64,000 nucleotides of DNA from Eukaryota sp. TZLM1-RC (taxonomy: Eukaryota; Protista; Metamonada: BaSk clade). Shown here one piece after another: positions 46,519-56,561 of this stretch. Below the pieces are notes generated by a model, which was not told the origin of the DNA, did no database searches, and saw nothing but the letters and a program-made list of their open reading frames with translations. Position 1 is the stretch's first letter, and each line of letters starts with the position of its first letter. A program made the position numbers and the translations under genes. Location: NCBI GenBank assembly GCA_040285825.1, contig JAUPSS010000007.1:582501-646500 (forward strand), in the 5' to 3' direction.

Positions 46519-46540
46519 TTATATACTGTATTCTCCCGAT

Positions 46541-46595
46541 TAGAGCACCTCCCTAAGGGGTGCTCTATAACAGAGCGCTCTTGAATAGAGCACCC
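46541..46595. repeat. GC-rich inverted/direct repeat cluster (AGAGCACC motif)
   Basis: TAGAGCACC (46541) / GGTGCTCTA (46559-46567) hairpin, AGAGCGCTCT palindrome (46572-46581) and TAGAGCACCC (46586-46595). Confidence 0.7.
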
Positions 46596-46972
46596 TCATA
46601 CTTGACTAAAATCAACTGCAGTCAATAGTATTTGTTAAACTGTATTTCTAACAACTTAGCAAATTACAATAAATACTGGAAACTGGATGAAAAATTTGAT
46701 ATTCTACGCTCTTTTCACTCATGTATACTCAGTATTCGGCGCGCCTAAATCTATCCACTCTGATAATGGCCCTGAATTCTCCAACCAGACCTTTGCCTTG
46801 ATATGCTTCTATCTGAACATTGAACACACCCTTTCCATCTGCCATTTCCATCAGTCCAATGGACTAGTAGAACGGCAACACCGAACCTTTCTCCCAGCTT
46901 TCCAGAAACTGCTACTTGTCTTCTCTGATGATGACAACTGGTGTCATTATGTTCCAATTTGTTAAATGCTGA

Positions 46973-47064
46973 TGTAATCGTAATAGTTAGTTATTGCCAC
47001 GTCATCACTCGTTTAGTACTCGTGTTAGTTATAATAATTCATTCGTTTATCTCTCTAAGCTACA
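46973..47064 (+). repeat. 5' LTR (92 bp)
   Basis: Identical to 51404-51495. Confidence 0.96.
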
Positions 47065-47091
47065 GTAACGTTACTTTAGACCGCGAGATTT

Positions 47092-48732
47092 ATGTCCGAT
47101 ACCGAATCGCCACCCCCGTCTGAATCCGAACAACGCGTAGCCGATACCTCGTCAAGTTCCGAAAGCTCCGAGAGTACCGCCCAATTAAGCGAATCAGAGT
47201 CCGAGTCTGAACCCGAAGTAATATCCGAAGAAGAACGAAGCAACCCCAATGAAGACCACCAAGACAACAATGATGTCGAAGACAAGAACCCAACCATACA
47301 ACCCGATCTATCCGAAACGCTAAAAAAATTGTTTATCACCGGCTCCATGGTAAGACCCGTCACGCTGCGTTCCCTCAGCAGAACAAATGTTAAATACTTC
47401 TTCGAGAAGTACGAACTCTATAAAATAAACTCTAACACTGCCCTACCTTTAAAGAACTTCATTCCTAAACGTTTACTCAAGGTAATCACTGTCGAAACTG
47501 GATCCACCAAAGACAAAAAAATCCATCGATACTTGAACTCATTGACTATTATTACCGACCCCTACGAAGCTAAAAAAGCGATGAAAGCATGCCGTATGAA
47601 CATCAAAATCAAGAACAAAGAACAACAGCTAGCTGATTATTACGTCAGATTTCTCGAAATAGTTGAACAATGCCGCTTCAACACAAAAAACAAGACCGTC
47701 ATCCGCTACTTCCTAAGAAACCTCCATCCGAAACATGTCGCAAACGAAATTGAAGAAAACGTTGACCTAAGCTATTTGAAATCCCTCCACACAGTCTACA
47801 AAGAAGCAAAGAAACTAATCAAAAGAACGTATAATCAACAGAAACGTAATCATTATCCTCGCCTAAACACTTCCGATAATCCTTCAAAAAACGATAACGG
47901 TTCCGAAACTTCTGAGATCCCACAGAACGGAAGACCCGACGAAAATGAAACATCCGCTCATCATACTCAAAGACGCTTTAAATACTCTAAGGACTCCGGC
48001 CGCTGTTTACACTGTGGTTCTTATGACCATTACGTAAAAAATTGCCCCAATAATCCACCTCCCCCTCGATACAAGAAAAAAGAAGTTTTTCACATATCCT
48101 CAGACAACGGTGTGCTTCGCAGCCCTGTTACAGTCAACGGTACCTCCATAGAAGCAATCATCGATACCGGTTCAAGCATCTCCCTGATTTCCGAAAACAT
48201 ACGTGCCACATTGAACCTTAACATTCAACCCTTGACTAATGAAATTGAACTGAAAACAATCTCTGGATCCTTTTATCCAGACAAAATGGTTAAAGATGCC
48301 CGTATCGAAATCTCTCTCATTAATTCAAAACCATCCGTCGTAAACCACAACCTCGTGATCATCCCTCTTCCCGACAAGCTCATTCTCGGTTGTGACATTC
48401 TTAGGAAACTTGGCTGTCTCACTAATTCTTCCTTTCATTTTGATTTCAACTTCACTCCTGATATAGACCCAGACCCTATTGCTGACCTATATCCCAATCC
48501 ACTCGAGCTTTTTCACGTCGAATCCGAAAAAGGCAGCAATCTAGACGACATCACATCCAAGGCCTCACTGACGCCGAACATAAAACTCTTGCCAACCTAC
48601 TACAAGAATACTCAGACATATTTACCACAGCTCTACACCCCGACGGAGTCAAATGTGAACCCTTACGTTTACCTCTTCACCCTGAAAAAATTGTTACCTC
48701 CGCTGCAAGACCTCTATCGCCGAGAAAACTGA
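47092..48732 (+). CDS. gag: Gag-protease
   Basis: CLHCGSYDHYVKNC zinc knuckle; AIIDTGS and ILGCDIL protease motifs. Confidence 0.9.
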   Translation: MSDTESPPPSESEQRVADTSSSSESSESTAQLSESESESEPEVISEEERSNPNEDHQDNNDVEDKNPTIQPDLSETLKKLFITGSMVRPVTLRSLSRTNVKYFFEKYELYKINSNTALPLKNFIPKRLLKVITVETGSTKDKKIHRYLNSLTIITDPYEAKKAMKACRMNIKIKNKEQQLADYYVRFLEIVEQCRFNTKNKTVIRYFLRNLHPKHVANEIEENVDLSYLKSLHTVYKEAKKLIKRTYNQQKRNHYPRLNTSDNPSKNDNGSETSEIPQNGRPDENETSAHHTQRRFKYSKDSGRCLHCGSYDHYVKNCPNNPPPPRYKKKEVFHISSDNGVLRSPVTVNGTSIEAIIDTGSSISLISENIRATLNLNIQPLTNEIELKTISGSFYPDKMVKDARIEISLINSKPSVVNHNLVIIPLPDKLILGCDILRKLGCLTNSSFHFDFNFTPDIDPDPIADLYPNPLELFHVESEKGSNLDDITSKASLTPNIKLLPTYYKNTQTYLPQLYTPTESNVNPYVYLFTLKKLLPPLQDLYRREN

Positions 48733-51380
48733 AAATTGCCAACCAAATATTTGACAGCTTAATAGAGAAAGGTCTAGCCAGACCATCTTGTTCCCCATTC
48801 GCCTCTCCTATTGTTCTAGTGGAACGAACTAACAAAGAACCTAGATTAACTGGCGATTATGGGCGACTCAACGAGATCCTTATTCCTATCATCCCCGATA
48901 TTCCACGTCTAAGCGAAGTTCATAAACAACTCGCCAACGCAAAATACATCGCATGCTTCGACCTGCCACGCGCTTTTTATCAAATATTGATGCACGAAGA
49001 AGATATTCCTAAGACTGCTATCGTAATACCGGGTCGCAAGATTGAGTTTCTCCGAGCTCCCTTCGGTTTCTCCACAGTACCAGCCCACTTCCAAAAACAA
49101 TTGAACAACATCCTTGGTAGTGATCACACTTGGATCTACATAGATGACCTCATCGATACTGCCGCTACTTTCGAAGACTTTATCAATCATATAGCATGGA
49201 TTCTAAAACAATGCCGAGCTCACAACATCCGCTTATCAGCCAAGAAAAGCATCATCACAACTAAGGCTTACCCAATACGAATTGTCGGAACAATCTTCCA
49301 CAACGGCCAACGACTCCCAGACCCCACCAAAACAGAAGCCATTACACAATTGAATTTCCCATCAAATATAACCGAATTACGTTCCTTTCTCGGCTCAATC
49401 AACTTTTTACGAGATTTAATCCCCAACTTAGCTTCACTTCGAGCCCCTCTTGACGAATTACTGAGAAAGAACTCCAAGTACTCTCCTTGCAAAACCCATC
49501 GTGAGGCATTCGATCAACTTATCAATCACGTAAAAAAGATCATCCCTCTTACTATACCTGATGACCATCACCCCTTCATCATGACTACCGACGCATCCTC
49601 TACAGGTATTGGTGCTGCTTTATTCGTAGAACTTCCTCCTTATGCACCTAACAAACCCCTGAAGGATCGTTCTCTGAAACCTGTTTCTTTCTTTTCCCGC
49701 AAATTAACAAAAACTCAGCAAAACTGGCCAACCATCAAGCAAGAACTCTTTGCCATTATCGAATCACTACGCTACGAACCTCATCACGAATTTCTGTTTG
49801 GACGTTGCTTCGAACTTCATACGGATCACCGGAATTTACTTTTTCTATTGAACAGTTCAACTTCAAATCCCCTTATAGAACGCTGGAAACCAATCTTATT
49901 TCACTATGACTTCACCATGCACCATGTTGACGGACCTTCAAACTTATGGGCCGACCTTTTGTCTCGCTCTTACACTCATCAATTGAAATCCTCGACGGCT
50001 ACGGACAACGACTTGTGTCTTTATGCTGAACTTGATGAACTCTTACCACACCTGGACACACAAACTTTACTCAACGACACTGACCTCCGTACGGAATTTC
50101 TTAGTACAATCCATAAGGAAAACGCACATCTCAGCAAAACCCGTATGTTGCAAAAACTCAAATCCCTGAAGCTCGACACATCTCACTTCAAAGAAAATGT
50201 TGATTCCATAATCGATAACTGTGGTATCTGCCAAAAATTCTCGAGTTCGTCTTTTTCTTCTCCGCCTCTAACAGGCAAACTGTTCTCACACTTACCCTTC
50301 CAATCTCTTCATCTCGATTCCATTGGCCCTCTTCAGGATGACTCTGATGGGAACAAATACATCTTAGTAATGACCGACGCATTCACACGATTTTCTATAT
50401 TGAAAGCCATTCCCAATATTACGGCAGAGACTATAGCAAACGCTTTGATTTCATCTGTTTTTTGCATGTTTGGTCTTCCTGAATCGATAAGAACAGATAA
50501 CGGCCCTGAATTTGACAATCGCCTTTTCGCTGCTCTACTCAAAAGTCTTTATATAAAACATACTTTCAGTTACCCACACCATCACGAATCTAATGGACTC
50601 ACAGAGAGATGAAACAGAGATATCCGATCTACTTTAAACAGATTCGCAGCCGAATACAACAATAGGGCAAATTGGTCAAAATTAATTCCCTTCACTCAAC
50701 TAATTATCAACTCTTTTCTGTGCTCATCCACAGGATTTGCTCCCTTTACACTCTTGTTTGGGGCTAATACATCACCACGACGAAATATCATCGATCACAT
50801 CTTATCTTCACCCATTTCCAATTTCAAACTAGATTCACGCACAAAGGCAAAAACGTTCCTGCTTGATCTTGAAAATACACTCACTAGCTTATGGCTATCT
50901 GCCGAGAATCAGCAAGACAGTTTCACCAAACCTCATCTTAAACATGAACCACTATTTAAGATTGGAGACCTGGTTCTTAGGAAATCTGACAACAAAAACA
51001 AATTTATTAAGCACACTGGACCCTTCGTCGTACTTGAGATACCTGGATCTAACGGGTACAAGATTGGAAGTATTGTTAACGACAGCTCTTACAACGTTTC
51101 TCAATATCAACTTCTACCTTTTCTACCAAACGAACTCAACGATAATGCTAGAACAGTTGCTGCCTTAGACTCTTCCGAATTCATCGTAGAAAATATCACT
51201 GATCATCGTATTGAGGATAATCAGTTTACTTTCTTAGTGAAATTTCTCAACGGGCCTACTTTGTGGCAACCATTAGAGAACCTTCGTGATGGTTTTAGAA
51301 TCAACAGCGTCTTACTCGACTATGCCAACAAAAATGGAATCAAACTCCCTACTCGCCACAGAAAGAAGGTAGATAGGTGA
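48486..51380 (+). pseudogene. pol: Pol (RT, RNase H, integrase, chromodomain); -1 frame relative to gag, with one nonsense codon at 50610-50612
   Basis: FASPIVLV, APFGFS, YIDD, TDASSTGIGA, TDHRNL, H..H..CGIC, LDSIGPL, TDNGPEF, SNGLTER*, HTGPF, EFIVENITDHR..FLVKF..WQPLENL. Confidence 0.92.
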
Positions 51381-51403
51381 CCTCACTCTCAAATGAAGGG
51401 TAG

Positions 51404-51495
51404 TGTAATCGTAATAGTTAGTTATTGCCACGTCATCACTCGTTTAGTACTCGTGTTAGTTATAATAATTCATTCGTTTATCTCTCTAAGCTACA
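51404..51495 (+). repeat. 3' LTR (92 bp)
   Basis: Identical to 46973-47064. Confidence 0.96.
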
Positions 51496-52308
51496 CTGAT
51501 GCCAAATCCCACCACCGTCCATCTCTGAACCCCTCACCCTACCATCTGATATTTGGTACTGAGACCCCTCCTCGCTTGCTACCTCATTCTATACTAGACC
51601 GCTTTTGTTCTATACATCTAGACCCAGATGTGCTTGAATAGCTCCGCCATACCGCTTCTGTAACTAGACGGCTGACTCATTTTTGGGCCTCTGTGATCTC
51701 TGCTTCCAAGAAAACGCCGCTGTCTACTCCCCCAAAATACGCCTTCAAGTAAACGACCGAGTCTTTGTTCTGTGGGAGAAGCCAGACAAGCTCCATGGCC
51801 ACTATGTTGGTCCATACACCGTTCAAGCAGTGTTATCCTCTAGCTCCGTCCTCTTACTTAATCCCGTGACTCGCTCGAAGCTCAAGACTTCTATTCATCT
51901 AATAATATCCTGCCATTCCTCACTACCCCAATCCGTTCTCGATGCCTATGCTGCTGCTGACTCTGGAGAGACCTTTCTCGACGCTATCTTAGGCATTGAA
52001 TCAGACATTGCCACCGTTCTGTGGTCCGATGATACCACCACCAAGCAACCTGTAGGTTTGTTAGTAACACAGCCGCCTACCATCGATTTATCAAGCTAGC
52101 CGCTCCTCCTGCTCAGAAGAGACGCGGAAGAAAGAAGAAGAAGCAGTGTTAGCTTAGACTGAACGTGCTTTATGATTTAGGAAATTATCACGTTTCCTAT
52201 CACGTGATCGATAGTTTAAATTCTGTTTGTACTTTTTATTTAGTTGATTTTCTTAACTCTGATTCATAAACTCCACTTTAAATCTAGTTTTATGGATATT
52301 CGTGCACA

Positions 52309-53151
52309 TGAGCCAACACAACCAAGGTATCAATCAATATAGATCTTTGGACTTCTGCCTCTCAATCTCCATTCGTCGCTGTAACAGCTCATTTTGTCAA
52401 CGCGGAATTCAAATTGCAATAAGTATTATTGGATCTCATTATGTGACCAAATCCGCATACCAAAAAAGTTATCAGCGACTGTCTGTTCAATTTGTTTGAA
52501 GAATTTGAGTTAACCAAAAACTTCCTTGGAATCACTACTGACAACGGAGCCAATGTCGTGGCCAGTGTACAGTTGTTATCTGACCGTCTTCGAGATTTGG
52601 GGATAGTTATAGCTCCTAGACGATGTTCTACCCACATTTTGAATTTAGCTGTCAAGTGGGGGCAAGGTACATGTCAGTCAGGTAACGATCCTCTCACCTA
52701 CTGGAAAAGCAACACATTACGCTTTTTACTTTTACCTCGCCTTGCGAAGAATTACCTCAATGTACAAGCAACCTCTGTCTGTTGTGAACAAGTCTTTTCT
52801 CCCGCTGGACGCACTGTCACTGAGTTCAGAGCATCTTTGTCTGACAACAGTGTCCAAGCTCTTATAAGTCTACAAGATTGGAGACGCTTCTTTCAAGTAG
52901 ATTTCTAACAGGTAAATATTTCAATAAATACTTGGTTCATTATATATGTCTATATCTAAAGGTACAAAGTCCACAGCAGTGGGAAGTTTATCAGGTTTAA
53001 ACTCAAATCTGTTGGCTCCAAACCAAACTAAACCCAAACCTGAAAAACAAAAAACCAGGCTGAACCCAAGCCTGTTTATCGAAAACCAAACCTAGCCTGC
53101 ACCAGGTTTGAGGTGTAAAACCTAATTGAAACTTAAACTTGCACAGTCCTA
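52309..53151 (+). mobile_element. Internally deleted hAT relic with its right end
   Basis: DLWTS..FVAVTAHFVN, ITTDNGANV, RCSTHILNL joined directly to the hATC dimerisation domain (ATSVCCEQVFS); AAACC-type subterminal repeats and a terminus ...GCACAGTCCTA. Confidence 0.82.
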
Positions 53152-53472
53152 GTTTTTTCACCTAAATTAGCTGACATTGATGCCATTGTCCCAACGGTCT
53201 TTAAACCGTTTGAATCCTCCGACTTTCCAACATTTGTTGCGAAGAAGACTATAACGTGCTGTTGAAACCCCAAATAATTGCATTACTGAGACCAGGGATG
53301 ACTAAAGTGGTCCAAAAAATGAAATTAAAGTACTTTATTTACTTTAAGCTTTACTTTAAACTTTAAGCTTTAAGCTCTAAAATTGGCTAAAGTGGTATAA
53401 AGTAGTGAACGCTTCTTTCTTTACTCTCCACCCCTTTCTCACTTCATTTTTCTTATATATTTTCTTTTGTTA

Positions 53473-55584
53473 ATGACTTCACTCCCTTGTGAGGCTTGGA
53501 CGAATGTCTGTCAAGTCAACGAAGTTGTTTCAAAGACTTGTGCGCGCTTTCAATGTCTATTATGCGGTGAGGTCTATTCTGTCAACCGATGGGCAATGGA
53601 AGGGCATTATGTATCTGACCTACTACCTAAAAGACAGGTACCGTTATGCAACCAAATAGGGTGTCCTGAGAGTAACAATGGTAAGAAGGTTGCAGACTTA
53701 CGAGTGTATCTAGCTACACATTCTAGACAACGCAAAAGACGAGCTTCCAGTATCAATAGTCCAGCTCCTAGACAAGCACTTCCGTCCTTTTCAAGTCCTT
53801 CTCCACTTACTCCTTTTACACCACAGACTCCATCAACTCCTTCTACACCACAGAATCCATCAACTCCATCAACGATTCACAATCCCTTCTTTTCAGGCAG
53901 TCAACAACCAACTGTCCAAAGAACACTTCATCAACTCACTTTGAAGAAGACTCAAGAGCGGTTGAACACGAAGATGCTGGAAGACATGGCTGCAACGTAC
54001 TGTTTTAGTGAAGGTCTCCCTCTAACGAAAGTTAGTAGTGGAACATTGCTACAAGACTTGATAGATAAATCAGTTGAGCATTTTAAGTTATATGGACAAG
54101 TTTTTCAATTACCTTCTTACACCAAATTACAGTCATCTGTGGGACCACGAGTGGTCATTAGTGTAAAAGACGGAATTAAAAAACAACTCACCCAACACAA
54201 ATTGACAGGATTTTGCCTGGCAATAGATGGTTCTGAAGTAAATGGCAATTCTTTAATCAATTTTTGTTTGATTGCTCCAGGGAAATCAATTTTCTGGAAA
54301 GCTGTCGATGCGGAGACCAATCGAAAGAATGAAACATATCTTACCAATTTATTTGAAACCACAATTCAAGAAATCGGCCCTGATTTGGTCAATTGTGTGA
54401 TAACTGATGCAGCTCCAAATTATCTTAATGCTGCCAATAATTTATTCAATATGGTAAAAGTCAAAGGACTCAGGTGTGCAATTCACACTTTGAATTCCTT
54501 TATGAAAGATATTTTAGAAGTGAATTCACAATTCAAGATAGACTCTATATGCCAGTTGATCGTACCTGCCATTAAAGTCGTTACGTTCGTTCTAAAACCA
54601 TTTATTAAGAAGCTCATGCGAAAAGTTTCTACAACAAAGAAGTTGAAACGAATAGCCACTACAAGGTTCTATACACATTTTCTTGTGTTGGAAAGAGTAG
54701 TTGAGCTTTATCCATTTATAGCCCATACCTTGACTCATGAAGAGTATGTCCGATGGCTATCCTTCCCCGAACAACGGGGTTTACGTCAGGAATCCTGTGA
54801 CGTAAAGAGAATTTTAGCCAATGAAAACTATTGGACAAAAGTGGAAAAATTGGTGGACTTCATGAAACCACTTGTCAATATCATGCAAAGAATTAATAGT
54901 TTGACACCAATTATGGGCAAACTGTATCGCTATCTACAAATGGAAAAAGAAAGAATGGATCTCACTCAACTATCATTTATATCAGAAGAAGAACACAGTC
55001 TACTTCTTCAGAGATTTGAAATCAGAATTTTGCAAATCTTCAACGACTATCATCGGGCGGCTTTTTGTTTGGATCCTGAATTTAGGGATTTAATTACAGA
55101 ACAACAATTTCAAGAGTGTCGTGATGCTTTGTTTCGAGTGATTGAAGAACAATTTGGACGGGCAAAAAAGGCAGACATCATTCATCAATGGTCTTGTTAT
55201 GTTGCAGGGTCAGATTTATTCGAACACAGTGAACTATTCAACATAGCTTCCAGAATGGCAGCACATGAATGGTGGTATGTTCATGGCGGTAACACTGAGC
55301 TATCTAACCTGGCAGTGAGACTGTTAAGTATGGTGACATCAAACTCAGAAGCTGAAAGAAACTGGTCGGACTTTCGTATTGTATGTACACAAGAAAGAAA
55401 CAAAATGGAAAGTCAGAGGGCAACAGATAGTGTGATGGTGAAGCATTACGTCAGAGGAGGAAGAAGTAGTTCGAAGAAGTATTGGGACTGGCTGAATGGT
55501 GCAGATGTCCCCAATGAACCTGATGAGTTGGAAGTAAGTAGCGGGGTGTCATCCGATGAAGACGTAATTGAGATCCATGAGTAG
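53473..55584 (+). CDS. hAT transposase (DUF659/hATC type)
   Basis: IDGS..LINF, VITDAAPN, RCAIHTLN, TRF, AAFCLDPEF, WW..LAVRLLSMVTSNSEAERNWS; uninterrupted ORF. Confidence 0.93.
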   Translation: MTSLPCEAWTNVCQVNEVVSKTCARFQCLLCGEVYSVNRWAMEGHYVSDLLPKRQVPLCNQIGCPESNNGKKVADLRVYLATHSRQRKRRASSINSPAPRQALPSFSSPSPLTPFTPQTPSTPSTPQNPSTPSTIHNPFFSGSQQPTVQRTLHQLTLKKTQERLNTKMLEDMAATYCFSEGLPLTKVSSGTLLQDLIDKSVEHFKLYGQVFQLPSYTKLQSSVGPRVVISVKDGIKKQLTQHKLTGFCLAIDGSEVNGNSLINFCLIAPGKSIFWKAVDAETNRKNETYLTNLFETTIQEIGPDLVNCVITDAAPNYLNAANNLFNMVKVKGLRCAIHTLNSFMKDILEVNSQFKIDSICQLIVPAIKVVTFVLKPFIKKLMRKVSTTKKLKRIATTRFYTHFLVLERVVELYPFIAHTLTHEEYVRWLSFPEQRGLRQESCDVKRILANENYWTKVEKLVDFMKPLVNIMQRINSLTPIMGKLYRYLQMEKERMDLTQLSFISEEEHSLLLQRFEIRILQIFNDYHRAAFCLDPEFRDLITEQQFQECRDALFRVIEEQFGRAKKADIIHQWSCYVAGSDLFEHSELFNIASRMAAHEWWYVHGGNTELSNLAVRLLSMVTSNSEAERNWSDFRIVCTQERNKMESQRATDSVMVKHYVRGGRSSSKKYWDWLNGADVPNEPDELEVSSGVSSDEDVIEIHE

Positions 55585-55838
55585 AAGAGTGTTGGTGCTC
55601 ATCCACCACATACTTAATTTTTCAATCAGTTTTTGATGAGTTTCTGAATAAATGTTAGGTTTTGTTATCTTATGGTGAATTGAAAAGTAACCTTACTTGA
55701 AGAGGATTTCGTAAATAGATATAAATAAATATTCCAGTTTTTTTTAAAAATAAAGTAAATAGAATGTTCTCTATTAAAATGTACAACATGTTTGTCAAAC
55801 CAAATAATGATGACTCTACTTTATCAAAAAAAGATTCT

Positions 55839-55875
55839 TTAAAGTAAAGTAAAGTAAAGTAAAGTAAAGTAAAGT
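55839..55875. repeat. (TAAAG)n subterminal tandem repeat of the hAT element
   Basis: About seven tandem copies; the inverse motif ACTTTA is repeated at 53331-53372. Confidence 0.85.
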
Positions 55876-56520
55876 GCTTAAAGTACTTTACCACTTTAGT
55901 TATCCCTGACTGAGACAGTTGATTGGACTGATTTAGTTTTTCCTGTATGCACATCAGATTGAGGGAATTCTGACAAGTTCGAAAGACGTCGCAAAACGAG
56001 TTCACTTGCTACACCATGGAAAAACCTTGCTTGTCCGAGAGGAAAGTGAAACCTATAGTGATACAATTAGAGCATCAATAATATTGAAAAAACTGACCAA
56101 ACAATTGATAATCTACACAGACATCAGAAATTTGGTCAATGATGACCGTGATCAAATTCCAACAGTTAAAAACTGAATGATTGATGATTACTCAGTCGTT
56201 TATGTATTAATTAATAGAGACTCTAAGTAAAGAAAATTACTCTCAATATTTGGTAGAGACTCTAATTAAATTCAAATCATGGAAAGACAATATTTCTCTT
56301 TTTAATAAAAATAAAGAAATAAATTAAACAATTAACTGCCAATACTTCACCTCAATACATCCCAAATTGAACTTTTAAATCCAACAAATAGAGAATAACT
56401 TGGGTCTTTGACACCAAATGATGAAGGGAAACAGAAAATACAATCATTTTGTAAAATTAAATTGTAAATAAATACTCGTAAATATTGAAATCAATTACAA
56501 TAATATTCTTAAAAATACAT

Positions 56521-56561
56521 TCTAAATTCCAAGGTCATAAGTTCGATTCCATGTGAGAGCA
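56521..56561 (+). pseudogene. Possible degenerate tRNA 3' half
   Basis: AAGGTCATAAGTTCGATTCCATGTGAGAGCA resembles variable loop + T-loop + acceptor strand; no 5' half is present. Confidence 0.3.

Larger units (their letters stand above)
41425..46530. other. Putative endogenous large-DNA-virus (Nucleocytoviricota-like) relic, interrupted by a CRE copy
   Basis: Very AT-rich and intronless, with three abutting genes: a large minus ORF (ATG 45678), a divergent helicase 34 bp away (ATG 45713) and a TZF gene overlapping the helicase 3' end by 20 bp. Confidence 0.55.
46973..51495 (+). mobile_element. Full-length Ty3/Gypsy chromovirus, recently inserted
   Basis: Identical 92-bp LTRs (TGTA...TACA), 4-bp TSD CTGA (46969-46972 and 51496-51499), PPT AAATGAAGGGTAG, and gag-PR-RT-RH-IN-chromodomain order. 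Confidence 0.96.
46700..52308 (+). mobile_element. Older Ty3/Gypsy element: integrase (46700-46972 and 51496-52146) and probable 3' LTR (52147-52308), interrupted by the young chromovirus
   Basis: FGAPKSIHSDNGPEF..SNGLVER, SPYHLIFG, YVGPYTV (GPY/F); a purine tract precedes a TG...CA segment, after which hAT coding sequence begins. Confidence 0.78.
53293..55908 (+). mobile_element. Intact autonomous hAT transposon
   Basis: 19-bp TIRs CAGGGAT(G/A)ACTAAAGTGGT with 1 mismatch; perfect 8-bp TSD ACTGAGAC (53285-53292 and 55909-55916); ACTTTA/TAAAGT subterminal repeats. Confidence 0.96.

Noticed and set aside
53152-56040. Minus-strand coding remnant interrupted by the intact hAT (..VSVMQLFGVSTARYSLLRNK..)
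   Set aside because: It reads open across the TSD but is short and matches no family I can name.
56521-56561. Functional tRNA gene
   Set aside because: Only a T-loop-like 3' half is present, with no D-arm or 5' acceptor strand and a mismatched T-stem; kept only as a low-confidence relic.
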